DNA from: a virus
Taxonomy: Duplodnaviria; Caudoviricetes
Length of the DNA stretch: 43,432 nt
Strand: one strand, 5' to 3'
IMG/VR virus record: IMGVR_UViG_3300033487_000017
Location: 1-43,432 of that record
Of the stretch, positions 33,438 to 43,432 are shown in pieces (positions within the stretch are counted from its first letter, which is position 1; each line of letters starts with the position of its first letter). The position numbers and the translations under genes are program-made. The notes below the pieces were generated by a model. The model did not search any database. It saw only the letters and a list, made by a program, of their open reading frames with translations, and was not told the DNA's origin.

Positions 33438-34358
33438 TCAAAAGTTGCTTATCCGATGCGCCTGGTAATTATCAAATGAGCAGTTTGATCCGCCATACTC
33501 CATAATAGCCAAGTAATGATAACCGGCGGCAAATATTTTCGATCCCCCACCTCCCACACTGAACGCTGATCCACTTGCCGCAGTGACAAAAACATAGCCA
33601 ATTGACAAATCCCCGCCAGTTGCTGCATCATCGTCCAGGCCAATGATCCCAAGTCCATCATGGTAGGCTGTTATATGGGTTGCAGATACTTCCTCTGCTA
33701 CGCCGACAACAAACTTCAAATTATGGGTATCAGTATTATTCCAATACCGCCAGGCATTTGTGGTGTAATCATGCGCTGTTGCATCTGTTTTGAAATTGCG
33801 CCGCGAAACGCGATTGTAGTAATTCCAGACAAAGCGGTTGGCGTCGCTGTCCTCGCATTGGCCAGTTGTGGCGGTTATACGGATCGTGCCAACATACCGT
33901 CGGGTTGTTGCGCCAGTCTTGACATAGATCCCATCTTGCAATGCCAGCGCGGTCGCTCTGGTGGCGTCATCCGTCCAGATGGTCGAATCGAGCGCAGCTG
34001 TCCCGCTGTTGTTATAAACCCAAATATCATAATTCTTATCTGCGGTGTAATCAGCTAACGAAAGACTAAGCTCAGAAAACGACAGCATTGTCCATGCGCT
34101 TGATCCATTATATAGGCCGATCAGGTTGCCTTTATAAGGCGTGAAATATACCGTTGTCTTGGCGGTCTGATCGCTGGTCGAAATTGGCACGCCCGTTTCA
34201 AGCGTCAGGCGCCCATTGCAAACGGCATAACCAATCACGTGCGATAAGGCCAGCTTCTTTTCCGCTGGCGATCCACCAGGATCAGATACAAGATAGGTAA
34301 TATCCGTGCTAATTGGCGCGGTGATCTCGGTCAATTCGGTTAGTTTGCTATCTGCCAT
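33438..34358 (-). CDS. Tail fibre / receptor-binding protein
   Basis: MADSKLTEL N-terminus, GRLTLETGVP, RRYVGTIR, RFVWNYYNR; last gene of the tail module. Confidence 0.65.
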   Translation of the reverse strand: MADSKLTELTEITAPISTDITYLVSDPGGSPAEKKLALSHVIGYAVCNGRLTLETGVPISTSDQTAKTTVYFTPYKGNLIGLYNGSSAWTMLSFSELSLSLADYTADKNYDIWVYNNSGTAALDSTIWTDDATRATALALQDGIYVKTGATTRRYVGTIRITATTGQCEDSDANRFVWNYYNRVSRRNFKTDATAHDYTTNAWRYWNNTDTHNLKFVVGVAEEVSATHITAYHDGLGIIGLDDDAATGGDLSIGYVFVTAASGSAFSVGGGGSKIFAAGYHYLAIMEYGGSNCSFDNYQAHRISNF

Positions 34359-34369
34359 TTCATAAACTC

Positions 34370-37237
34370 CTATTCCAGCAAAAGATTATCGCCGCTTTCC
34401 AGAAGCAGATAATCCCCGGTTTCCATCAGTAATGCCTCTGACGCGTTTTTGACATATTCATCATCCGACCCAAAACCATCAACCTGGTAGTGCAAATCAA
34501 ACTCTAAAAATGCCACATCTTCACTCAGGGTATCATCGCCTGCCCCGGCATCCCGGTGCAATCTGCAAACCAGCATAGACGAAAGCGTTTTACCTGTCCC
34601 GTCGATGTAAGCATTGGCCGATCCATCTTTGAACTGGCTAAGTTTATGCACCCAGGCCGTTCCACCCGCCGCGGTCGCGTCGGTGGTCATCGTTGTTGGA
34701 GCTGGAAATGCGTCGTCTAAATTGGCCCAAGAGTAATCTAGTTGCCAGACGACGTTACCGGCTTCAGTTGTAACAGGCGACCAATGCACGTGCGGGTAAA
34801 TATTCGATCCTTCCAGCCAGTTATGCGGTAGCTGTATTTCAAAATAAATCTCGTCGTGATGGCCTTCCTCAAAGCGCAACGTGCGTAAACTGCCACTCGG
34901 ACCAAACGCGTCAACTGATGGCGCGGTTACGCCCACCCGCGCCGAAGATCCAGATAGACGCAAATCGTCCCAGGAAGTAGCGGTTCCAACTAATCTAAAA
35001 TTTCCGGTAGTCGCGTCAATCTCAATATAATTACCATTGCCAACGTCCCCGAATCTTATTTTGCTGCCGCTAACCGTTATTTTAGACCCAACACCAAGCG
35101 GGTAATCTTGCCAGGTCCCGCCGTTGTTGTAAATAATATCACCTGTGCCCGTCCCGCTGGTATCAACATCCGTCAGATCATTCAATGCTGCAGCCGCACT
35201 TCCGCTGCTGGCTGCTGTGATGCGCCCCTGCTGATCAACCGTCAGTGCCGTGTGGGTGTAGCTTCCTGGTGAAACCGCCGTATCTGCCAGCGAAATCGTT
35301 CCACTGCCCGTGATCGGTCCACCTGTCAGACCTGTTCCCGTTGCAACCGATGTCACTGTACCTGATAGGACAATATTAGTACAATCGGTTTGTGATAGCA
35401 GGGCTGAGAATGCAGTATAAGGTGAAGTTCCAATAAAAGCATTATTGACCTTTGTCAAGGCAATTGCCGGACGTGATCCCGAGTTGGTCACATAGGTATT
35501 ATTTGCAATAACTACCCGATTAATCTCATTGATATTCGTGGCGGTAATATTGATCGCATTTCCGGTGGTGTTCCCCCACAGGCCAAACTCGTTATTCGTA
35601 ATAATAATATCATTGTAAAAATAGCTATCAGTGGCAATGTTTATGCCGTTGCCTTTGATATTTTCAATCGAGTTCCCGGTAACAATTAGAATAATTGTGC
35701 CTGAGCCACTTCCAACATCGAGATCAATACCGTGATTGAACTCGATTTCATATGTAACCGCATTGATTTTATTACCGATAAAATGACAACCGCCCAATCC
35801 AGACTCAATCCTGATTGCCGCATCTGAATCATACGTGCCGCCCAGGAAGGTGCAATTGCTTATAAAATAATCTCCCGAATCAGGCACTTCGGTGTTTTGA
35901 ATTTTCACCGCATATTTGACTGGATCGGATATAAAACATCCATCCATGATCCAGCTTTGCCCGGTCTGTATGTCAATGCCAATATAAAAACCAAACACAC
36001 TGGTGTTGAAGTAATCCACCTGATCCCGCCCACCAGAACTGGCAACCTTAATGCCGGATCCTGCCGATGGCGTCCCCGCATAGGTATTTTGCAGTGCAAT
36101 GTCCCTGAATTGAGCGCGGTCAGCCGTCACAGTAAACAATACCGCCGTTTGAGATGTGCAATTGACCTGGCTGGCTGTACCGGCCGCGAGCAGGGTTACG
36201 CTGCCATCGCCCTTGATAATTGTCGGCTGGCTGATGGTGTGCCCGCCAGTCGATTTATAGGTCCCCAGCGGGAAATACAGCACCCCGCCCGAGGTCATGG
36301 CGGTGATGGTATCATTGATCGCCGTGGTGTCGTCCGTCACGCCGTCGCCAACCGCGCCATAATTCTTGACATTGAACCATCCCAGGCCATACACAAACTC
36401 AAGCGCATCCTCAGCTGCATTAACTGCCACCAGCTTGCCTGCCTGGTCGGTGTAGCTGGCTGGGACATCCGTTAATTCAGTAAACGCCGTCGCGCCTGCC
36501 GCCCCTCCGCCATCCATCGGCGCAAATCTGAGATCATAATAATCCGCTCCTGTCACGTTGCCGTTGACCGCCGTCTGCCCATCATATAGCCGCACCGCCC
36601 ACAGCCCGGCGTAGCCATCGGCGATATCGGGGATATTCCCGGTGGTCAGGTCTGCGAAGCTGTCCACCCCCGCCCCCTCTTGCACCGATAGCACCCCGCT
36701 CGAATTGGCCCGGATCACGCCCCACAGCGCGCCGCTGGCAGGTATGTTGCTGGTCAGGTCGATATTTTGCGAGCTGACATAGGCAGGCTGCCCGCCGACG
36801 ATCACAAAACCGCCCGCAATCCTGACAGTCATCCCACTGACAACCGTCAGCAGCAAGTCCGTCACCTGGCGGGTGGTGATGTAAACAGGATCTGTCCCGT
36901 TTACCAGGTAATGTGATTCGGCGTGCGGCTCAATGTCGGATGCCACAATCCCGCCGTTGCCAACAAGCTGCTCCAGGTTCGTCCCCAGGATGCGCACCCA
37001 GCGCCGGTTATAGACATCCTGCCCGACCCAGACCGGATAGTTTTCGAGCCTGGGCGCTGCGCCCTTGTAAACCGGGATGGCGAGATCAGACCCAACCGGT
37101 CTGACATACCACAAACCGGTTGAACCTGGAACTTCAATCGTGCCGTTCCCATCGCCCACCAGGGCCGGCCACGGACGTTGGACGCGCCTGGACTTCCTGA
37201 CCGCTCTACTGATTGCGTGCCTGCGTCTGACACTCAT
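34370..37237 (-). CDS. Tailspike with pectate-lyase-3-like beta-helix (depolymerase candidate)
   Basis: NVKNYGAVGDGVTDDTTAIN..LYFPLGTY, Asn/Ile/Gly-rich parallel beta-helix, fibre motifs LNDLTDV and TVDQQGRIT. Confidence 0.8.
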   Translation of the reverse strand: MSVRRRHAISRAVRKSRRVQRPWPALVGDGNGTIEVPGSTGLWYVRPVGSDLAIPVYKGAAPRLENYPVWVGQDVYNRRWVRILGTNLEQLVGNGGIVASDIEPHAESHYLVNGTDPVYITTRQVTDLLLTVVSGMTVRIAGGFVIVGGQPAYVSSQNIDLTSNIPASGALWGVIRANSSGVLSVQEGAGVDSFADLTTGNIPDIADGYAGLWAVRLYDGQTAVNGNVTGADYYDLRFAPMDGGGAAGATAFTELTDVPASYTDQAGKLVAVNAAEDALEFVYGLGWFNVKNYGAVGDGVTDDTTAINDTITAMTSGGVLYFPLGTYKSTGGHTISQPTIIKGDGSVTLLAAGTASQVNCTSQTAVLFTVTADRAQFRDIALQNTYAGTPSAGSGIKVASSGGRDQVDYFNTSVFGFYIGIDIQTGQSWIMDGCFISDPVKYAVKIQNTEVPDSGDYFISNCTFLGGTYDSDAAIRIESGLGGCHFIGNKINAVTYEIEFNHGIDLDVGSGSGTIILIVTGNSIENIKGNGINIATDSYFYNDIIITNNEFGLWGNTTGNAINITATNINEINRVVIANNTYVTNSGSRPAIALTKVNNAFIGTSPYTAFSALLSQTDCTNIVLSGTVTSVATGTGLTGGPITGSGTISLADTAVSPGSYTHTALTVDQQGRITAASSGSAAAALNDLTDVDTSGTGTGDIIYNNGGTWQDYPLGVGSKITVSGSKIRFGDVGNGNYIEIDATTGNFRLVGTATSWDDLRLSGSSARVGVTAPSVDAFGPSGSLRTLRFEEGHHDEIYFEIQLPHNWLEGSNIYPHVHWSPVTTEAGNVVWQLDYSWANLDDAFPAPTTMTTDATAAGGTAWVHKLSQFKDGSANAYIDGTGKTLSSMLVCRLHRDAGAGDDTLSEDVAFLEFDLHYQVDGFGSDDEYVKNASEALLMETGDYLLLESGDNLLLE

Positions 37238-40200
37238 GTAGTTTCCCTCATCAGGTGCGCGTTGATCGGCCCGGAGTATGCGCTCCAGCCGCCCTTCTTG
37301 AGCGCCTGGGTAGCGCCGTAATCGTCGGAGTAATAAATGTCGCTTCCATCCAAATAAATCAGCTTGCCGCCCAGGTAAGCATGCAAGCCTCGTGCATTGG
37401 ATAGCCCGGTATCCAAATCCGATGACGATCCCAGGTTACGCAGCCTGAGCGTCGTGCCGCTTTTCAACGACCACAACCGCCCGCTGTTGAGATCCCGTTG
37501 AAGACGCAAGCTAACCGCAACTGGAGTTTCGTCGGTGTCCAGGTCGGGAACCGACAGTACATCGGCAACGATCAGCTCCAGTGATCCGTCAACCGCCCAA
37601 TGATAATAGACACCGGCAAGCTGGGGGTCAACGTTGATGTCATTGCTGCCATGATCTTCTATACTTTGTGTCCAGACAAATCCGCCATCGGTGGATTTCC
37701 AGATCGAGTTGGGCGTGCCGACATAAATATAGCTATTATTGGTTCTGGATACATCCAGGCATAAATGATGTCCTGAGCCGTAGGAGACTCCATTGATTAC
37801 AAAGTTTGAGTATATGGCGTTACGAGTTGTCGGAGTATCATTTTCCCATCTTGCTTCCCGCGCGCCGAAATAGCCTATGTGCAAAATGCCTTGATCCCCA
37901 TTATTGTCATCAACCTGCGTGCCGTCCAATGTTCCGGAAACATGATAACCGCCGTCAATTGGTGAAGCGGTTAAAGTTACCCAGGCATCAGATACTAAAT
38001 AATTTATATAAGGCCATAGGTCTGAAGCCGTGTCATAATTTGTCGATGGCAAATCTCCCGTTGCATCGAATTCGACCGTCACACCTTCTACATCCGGTAT
38101 GGCTGGATCAAACTGAGTCTGCGCATAATAAGTGATTTGTGGGAATCCAATATCAGGGAAAATCAAGGATGCAGCTATTCCATTGCCGCTGTTTGTGTAA
38201 ACGGCAATCCCGTTTCCGCCACCGGCGTCCACGGAGGCAAGTACCGTAATGCTGCCTGCGGCTAGTTCATCTGCTATCCAAATTTCACTCCACGTTGATC
38301 CGCCATTGGAGCTGCGCAGCACAAAAGGTTGGAGATTGCCGGTGGCGGTGTTCGTGCCATAACCCAGCACATATACCAGGCTGTCCGTTCCCGGTGCAAC
38401 TCGCACCCGCCGCAGTGCAACAATTGTTCCCTCGGTCAAATCTGTGCCGGTCCAGACCTCGGACCAGGCTGGCGTCCCCGTCACCCCGGTGCATTTCCAG
38501 ATGCTTGTCGCCTCGATCACATACAGCGTGTCATTGGTCGTTTCCGGCAGGTCGCTGTCTACCGGCGTCGTCGGCCCGCCCGAGATAATGCTGGTCCAGG
38601 TCGGGCTGCCCGCGTCCAGGTCCGCCGTAATGCGCACATCCGTTGACGTGACCACCACCGCATTTGCCCCGGTCGTCTCGGGCGGCTCCTCAGGCGGTTC
38701 GGTGGGCGGTGGCGGCGGCGGTGGCGGCACGCCTCCTCCGGGGTTGACAGGCGGGTTCCCTTCGTTCGGATAATCGATACTCACGGCCGGCCACTGCCCG
38801 CCCTCCGGCTCAAGGTCAAGCTCCAGATAGACCTGCCCGCCATCGTCGCGCGTCATATCAACGCGGCGCGGGATACAGCGTAGGGTGGCTCCGTCTACTG
38901 TTACATTTACGTATTGGCGCGGCGCAACATCAATAAAATGATTATTGGCAGGATGGCTGACCCCGATGCTTTCGTATTCCGCCGCATAGCGCCCGCCCAT
39001 CAACCCGGCCAATTCCAGCGCGGTCGCCAGATTAGGAAAATTGACCTCGGATATATTTTCAATATTCCCAAACGAGGCCGATACATCACCGGGCGCACGC
39101 CCGCCCACCGGCGTGACTGTCCCCGATGAAAATACCGTGCCCTCCGCCTCCGTCATGGCAACCTCGGAATGATGGCGCCTGACAATTGACAGCTCATCAT
39201 TCCAATCGCCATCCCCCAGGCTCATGATCACCGGGATATTGGCCGTGCGATTTGCGATTGGATAAAGTGCAGCGTCACGCTGGATATATAAATGCGCGTG
39301 CCTGTCCGGTGTGCAGGTCAGCATCCCGTGATTGGAAAATGTCACGAGCTGGCCCCACAGCGTCTCATCGTCGGCGGTCAGCTTGTGGGCGGGCCAGGTC
39401 CAATCCTCCACCTCAACATCAATAACTTGCGTCATGTTGGAGTGGTGGTCGATGATATGTTGAAAGCCCTTGACAATGGTCAGGTTCGCCATTTTAGACC
39501 AGGCTGGCAGGGTGGTGGCGCTATCAGTCGGGAAGGCTGTATCCGTCAGGCCAACCGGCATAGACGACACCCGGCTACAGAATACGCCCGGACCGCCTAC
39601 CGTAAATTCAACGTAATCCTGTCCCGGCTCACGAACAATTGTCTCTCCAACAATCCAGCCAATCATGATGATATTCTCGCGGTCCGTGATCGGGCCAATG
39701 CTGCCGGCCTCGTTTGCGAAATAATCCTCAGAGTAGATCACTACGCGCGCCCGGTCGTGGATGGTCGGGCGATCGTAAGCCAGCAACTTGCAAGCCCATC
39801 CGGTCTCCGTCTCTGCTTCCACATCGCTTATGATAATGCCGGTATCCGGGGCTAGATTTGGCCCCAACACATATACCCAGCCATAGCCGATGGTATATTT
39901 CCCCGTGGCAGCCGTAGCGCGCAATGATACTCTGAAGCGCCCGCTGGTGTTGTAGGTGGCGGTAGGCGTGGCGGTATCCTCGTCGTTGTATGACGCCGCG
40001 CCCGTGAACGTCCAGGCCCAGGTTGAAATTGTCGATCCAGGAACCCAGGTTTGCGAGGCGTCCCAACTGATCGTATCGCCGGCTGATATTACCGTAACCC
40101 GTTCGCCCATTACAATGACCGGCACAAAATTAGTAAGCTGGTCGGTATAAGCCACATCCACGTCAATATATACGCCGATAGGATGTTTCGGGAATATAGA

Positions 40201-40539
40201 CCAATCATTGATGACCGTAATGTAATCGTCGTCGGATACCTGGATAGATGGATCGGCCCCAAGGTAAAACGTCCCGACGATTGGCGCCTTGCGTAGCCTG
40301 GCGATTCCAATATCGTATCCGCCCGAGGTGGAGCCGATCAGCACGGTCATATGCGCCAGACAATTGGCTAATGTGCCTGAGCCGCCGTCAAAGCCCAGTG
40401 AATAATTCGTGGTATTGATAGCCCCGGTTGCCCTGGCGGTATAGACCACATCGGGGTTGTCGATAATGGCGTGCCACTTCGCCCACTGCCCGCTGCTTCT
40501 GAGCTTGGTAAGCTCCCCGGCATTGGCGGCTCGCGTCAT
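37234..40539 (-). CDS. Tail tip/hub protein with PKD-like domain, Pro linker and BNR/Asp-box beta-propeller
   Basis: WAWTFTG PKD motif; SSNGGSTW, STDGGFVW, SDDYGAT Asp-boxes; follows the distal tail gene. Confidence 0.7.
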   Translation of the reverse strand: MTRAANAGELTKLRSSGQWAKWHAIIDNPDVVYTARATGAINTTNYSLGFDGGSGTLANCLAHMTVLIGSTSGGYDIGIARLRKAPIVGTFYLGADPSIQVSDDDYITVINDWSIFPKHPIGVYIDVDVAYTDQLTNFVPVIVMGERVTVISAGDTISWDASQTWVPGSTISTWAWTFTGAASYNDEDTATPTATYNTSGRFRVSLRATAATGKYTIGYGWVYVLGPNLAPDTGIIISDVEAETETGWACKLLAYDRPTIHDRARVVIYSEDYFANEAGSIGPITDRENIIMIGWIVGETIVREPGQDYVEFTVGGPGVFCSRVSSMPVGLTDTAFPTDSATTLPAWSKMANLTIVKGFQHIIDHHSNMTQVIDVEVEDWTWPAHKLTADDETLWGQLVTFSNHGMLTCTPDRHAHLYIQRDAALYPIANRTANIPVIMSLGDGDWNDELSIVRRHHSEVAMTEAEGTVFSSGTVTPVGGRAPGDVSASFGNIENISEVNFPNLATALELAGLMGGRYAAEYESIGVSHPANNHFIDVAPRQYVNVTVDGATLRCIPRRVDMTRDDGGQVYLELDLEPEGGQWPAVSIDYPNEGNPPVNPGGGVPPPPPPPPTEPPEEPPETTGANAVVVTSTDVRITADLDAGSPTWTSIISGGPTTPVDSDLPETTNDTLYVIEATSIWKCTGVTGTPAWSEVWTGTDLTEGTIVALRRVRVAPGTDSLVYVLGYGTNTATGNLQPFVLRSSNGGSTWSEIWIADELAAGSITVLASVDAGGGNGIAVYTNSGNGIAASLIFPDIGFPQITYYAQTQFDPAIPDVEGVTVEFDATGDLPSTNYDTASDLWPYINYLVSDAWVTLTASPIDGGYHVSGTLDGTQVDDNNGDQGILHIGYFGAREARWENDTPTTRNAIYSNFVINGVSYGSGHHLCLDVSRTNNSYIYVGTPNSIWKSTDGGFVWTQSIEDHGSNDINVDPQLAGVYYHWAVDGSLELIVADVLSVPDLDTDETPVAVSLRLQRDLNSGRLWSLKSGTTLRLRNLGSSSDLDTGLSNARGLHAYLGGKLIYLDGSDIYYSDDYGATQALKKGGWSAYSGPINAHLMRETT

Positions 40540-40916
40540 GTGGTCCCGCCTGCAGCAACCAGCTCAACGAATTGGATCACGAAATCAGAGAAGAACTCAC
40601 CCACCTCCGGCTCGGGTATCTGCGGCCAAATCATCGTGGCACTGTAGCCAGTGAAGTCCCCGTCAATGTCAATCGTGGTGATATAGACCGCCGCACTGGT
40701 CCCGGCGCAATAAGACCGCAGGGCTGTAACCTCATCCCGGCTGATAGCGAACCAGCGCCATTCGCATTGTAGCCAGCCCACGCCGCGCGCTGTTCCATCT
40801 CCCAGCATCGAATAGCTGGCGTAGTGCGCCGGCGCCGGCTGCGGATCTCGCGGCACCAGCGTGTCCAGCGTGACCTTGTTCCCGACCGTCGTGCCAATCC
40901 TGTATGAACTTGCCAT
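40536..40916 (-). CDS. Distal tail protein
   Basis: 126 aa directly after the tape measure gene. Confidence 0.6.
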   Translation of the reverse strand: MASSYRIGTTVGNKVTLDTLVPRDPQPAPAHYASYSMLGDGTARGVGWLQCEWRWFAISRDEVTALRSYCAGTSAAVYITTIDIDGDFTGYSATMIWPQIPEPEVGEFFSDFVIQFVELVAAGGTT

Positions 40917-40919
40917 TGA

Positions 40920-42521
40920 TTACCTCAGCGATCTAAGCATCTCGCGCTGTGCGGTTTCTTCTTGCTCTTTTCGGATGCGCCGGCGCTCGTCATGGGTTAG
41001 CGGGCTGTAGAACTGGAAGGTATTGCCGCTGATGGATGCGCCGCCCATGACGCCGGACACCGAACCCGCGCGGGCGTAGGCGGGCGCAGGTACAAAATCA
41101 AGCCCGATTGATGGCCTTACCTGTTGCATGCCCTTCTCAAATCCAACACCGATACCTTGCGCCATCTGATTGCCAAATTCGGCAAACACTTTAGACGGCG
41201 ATGAGATACCAAGAAGATTTTTTACCCATGTTAGCAGGCTGTTGATATTTGCCCGGATCATATTGAGCAGCCAGGTCCAGCCCGCCTGGATACCCGCCCA
41301 AATGCCTTGCACCATCGATTGACCAGCCTGGCGCGCGGTGGTGTATGCCGTCCTGAAAACCCTGACTAAATTACCAATAAATCTAAACGCATCCGAGATA
41401 ATTCGTTGAAATAACGCGCTCCAAATTGTCTGGATCATCCTGGCTGTATTGAGCGCATCACGCCCAAATATAACAATGGTGGCAATCAGCGCCCCGATGG
41501 CGATAATCAAGGCCAGAACCGGCGCAGATATTCCGGCAATTATCCCTCCAATGCCTATCGCTGCCGCCTTCAGCGCGCCCATTGCCCCGGCCAATAATCC
41601 AGAGCTTCCAGCCAGACCGCCAAATAAGACCTTGATCGAAATCAAAGCCGGCGCGAGTTTCGCTAAAACGGCAATCAGACCAACAAAAGCCACAAGCCCG
41701 GTCTGCACGCCCTCTGGCATTCTGACAAACGCATCTGCAAGGCCGTTGACTAATTCAATCAGCTTATCCAGCACCTTCTGGAAGTTCTCGTTTTCTGCCA
41801 GGGCATTACCAATCGTTTCTTTGAAATCGCCCCAGGCATTGTTGAGTCGTTCCAGCGATCCGCCAAACGTTGATCCTGCCGCTTCCGCAGCACCGCCGAA
41901 GCGCCGCTCTAATTCAGCTAAAATAATCGCTTGCGCTCCGGCTGTATCGCCGACTTTTAGCAGGTTATCAATCTGCTTTTTAGTTGCCTCATCGAGCACA
42001 ACGCCAAAGCGCGCCAGTCCGCTAAACTCGCCTTCGAGCGCCTTGCCGACAATCTTTGCTGCACTCGGAATGTCAATACCCATGCGGGTGGCGATATTAA
42101 GCATCTGCTCGGTGGCCTGTGGCAAAATATCCCTACCGAGCTTGGTAAATTGTAATAAGATCGTCTGTCCGGCGATAATTGCGTCATCCTCAAACTTTGT
42201 AACGCGGCTAAATGCCGTCGCCATATCTGAGACTTCATCGGCCGTCACACCAGCCGCGCCGCCAGTCGATTTAATGACTTGCTCGAGCTGTACCATGCCA
42301 TCCTGCGCCTCGGTCGCCTCCATGATGGCATCTTTCATAAACCCGCTTAGTGCATTGCCAAATTGCTGGATTTGCTGCGCCGCCAGTACGCCCATAGCGG
42401 TATCAAAAGCCGAGCCGGTGCTCTTAACAGATTCTTCTATTCCGCCAAGATTGCGCTTGACGCTATCGGTGGCGGCCTTTGTTTCGTCCTTGCCCTTAAA
42501 GATGATCTCAATCGGGTTCAA
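40920..42521 (-). CDS. Tape measure protein (533 aa)
   Basis: Ala/Gly-rich helical protein with hydrophobic segments and LGISSPSKVF; follows the chaperones. Confidence 0.9.
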   Translation of the reverse strand: MNPIEIIFKGKDETKAATDSVKRNLGGIEESVKSTGSAFDTAMGVLAAQQIQQFGNALSGFMKDAIMEATEAQDGMVQLEQVIKSTGGAAGVTADEVSDMATAFSRVTKFEDDAIIAGQTILLQFTKLGRDILPQATEQMLNIATRMGIDIPSAAKIVGKALEGEFSGLARFGVVLDEATKKQIDNLLKVGDTAGAQAIILAELERRFGGAAEAAGSTFGGSLERLNNAWGDFKETIGNALAENENFQKVLDKLIELVNGLADAFVRMPEGVQTGLVAFVGLIAVLAKLAPALISIKVLFGGLAGSSGLLAGAMGALKAAAIGIGGIIAGISAPVLALIIAIGALIATIVIFGRDALNTARMIQTIWSALFQRIISDAFRFIGNLVRVFRTAYTTARQAGQSMVQGIWAGIQAGWTWLLNMIRANINSLLTWVKNLLGISSPSKVFAEFGNQMAQGIGVGFEKGMQQVRPSIGLDFVPAPAYARAGSVSGVMGGASISGNTFQFYSPLTHDERRRIRKEQEETAQREMLRSLR

Positions 42522-42799
42522 TATTCACCATCCACCATTGCCCATCCCATCAGGCGCATTTGATCTGGCGTCATGTTCTTTGCCGATCCAGGGACGCCAA
42601 AGCTCTCGTTAGCCTCGCGGCTCGCCTGCGCTTTCTTTGCCAGCAGCCACCTATTCCAGCTCTCCACCGTCACAATCTCCGATACATCTTGCGGATGACA
42701 GCCGAACTCCTTAGCATACTCAATTTCCAGCATCCAGGCAGGCACAATATTCGAGCTTTGCCGCGCCCAGGCTTTGAGCGCGGCTAGTTCGATAAAGGG
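42518..42799 (-). CDS. Tail assembly chaperone gpT portion, reached by -1 frameshift
   Basis: The -1 frame after C CCT TTA reads FIELAALKAWARQSSNIVPAWMLEIEY into ORF 42518..42745. Confidence 0.75.
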   Translation of the reverse strand, partial: PFIELAALKAWARQSSNIVPAWMLEIEYAKEFGCHPQDVSEIVTVESWNRWLLAKKAQASREANESFGVPGSAKNMTPDQMRLMGWAMVDGEY

Positions 42800-43020
42800 A
42801 CCGATTTTTTCTGGATGGCCTCCCCAAGTTGTTCGGCGATATTGGACAACTCATCATTGGTCATGTCTAGAACTTCATCGAGTGTATAGTTTGTGTGCTT
42901 CGCTAGAAACTCATGAAATTCATAAAGATCAAAACCTTTTTTGGTCATTAACCGCATTTCGCGCTGGGTTATTGAGCCAGGATCAGTTAAAAACTCTAAT
43001 GGCTTATCGGGTATTGTCAT
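42784..43020 (-). CDS. Tail assembly chaperone gpG
   Basis: Start moved to MTIPDKP; between major tail and tape measure genes; ends ..VPLSN over a slippery heptamer. Confidence 0.75.
   Translation of the reverse strand: MTIPDKPLEFLTDPGSITQREMRLMTKKGFDLYEFHEFLAKHTNYTLDEVLDMTNDELSNIAEQLGEAIQKKSVPLSN
42793..42799 (-). other. -1 programmed frameshift slippery site C CCT TTA
   Basis: Canonical X XXY YYZ in the gpG frame. Confidence 0.8.
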
Positions 43021-43037
43021 TCTGTGCAGCTTTCTGC

Positions 43038-43432
43038 CTACGTGCTGTATGGCGCGATGGTGATCGGCCCGTTGTTCTGAAGCTGGGTCGTCAGTGGGAT
43101 CGGGTTGGTGGCCGCTGCCTCCAGGTCGATGTTCATCCCGGTAAATACCCAGTCGCCGCTGATCTTCAAAGATCCAACGGTCTTTTGTGGGATATAAAAC
43201 GAGATGGTGCGGTCTGCGATGGGTAGCGATTCGTTGTACCAATCAGCGAAGTAATCCGCAGCCTCATTCGAGGCCGTAGAAAACCAGGCAGCCAGGTCGA
43301 TGGTGCAATTCTTAGCCATCATCACCCGGATCGGCCAGGGGTCGTTAAACACATTCCCCTCGCCGACGATCATCTCCAGGTTGATAGTGGCCTTGTTGTG
43401 CGACCCGGACAGATCCACCGTGGTCGTCCCGA
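43038..43432 (-). CDS. Major tail protein, 3' part (starts at 179 across the junction)
   Basis: Continuous reading frame through the 127-bp overlap. Confidence 0.75.
   Translation of the reverse strand, partial: GTTTVDLSGSHNKATINLEMIVGEGNVFNDPWPIRVMMAKNCTIDLAAWFSTASNEAADYFADWYNESLPIADRTISFYIPQKTVGSLKISGDWVFTGMNIDLEAAATNPIPLTTQLQNNGPITIAPYST
43306..43432. repeat. Terminal direct repeat, copy 2
   Basis: Identical to 1-127. Confidence 0.95.

Noticed and set aside
33438-40539. Diversity-generating retroelement or invertible tail-fibre cassette
   Set aside because: No reverse transcriptase, no template/variable repeat pair and no invertase seen
41449-42612. 387-aa plus-strand ORF
   Set aside because: Antisense shadow of the tape measure gene

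Overview
The window looks like a complete, circularly permuted genome of a temperate siphophage of 43,305 bp. Bases 1-127 repeat exactly at 43306-43432, which is an assembly overlap, and the major tail gene runs across this junction. Almost all genes are on the minus strand. In transcription order they are: Cro-like RHH and early genes, recombination, methylation and replication genes, two lysis enzymes, holins, terminase, portal, head, a large glycosyltransferase/fibre insert, then neck and tail. Only the repressor and a large serine integrase are on the plus strand, followed by an apparently intact attP whose core resembles a tRNA 3' end. The host cannot be determined from sequence alone. 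A monoderm such as Chloroflexota/Anaerolineae is my low-confidence guess. Most notable observations: (1) two near-consensus late promoters, each followed by a short terminated leader; the two leader RNAs share a 14-nt complementary segment and the promoters share a palindromic operator, suggesting an undescribed RNA-RNA attenuation circuit; (2) five glycosyltransferases and a methyltransferase inside the capsid operon, next to a LamG/repeat fibre and an M14 peptidase, a candidate virion glycosylation system; (3) an RNAP alpha-CTD-like gene; (4) a gene split by a +1 frameshift; (5) single-gene insertions flanked by direct repeats; (6) an in-frame integrase extension across attP. All functional calls come from reading motifs by eye, with no database searches.
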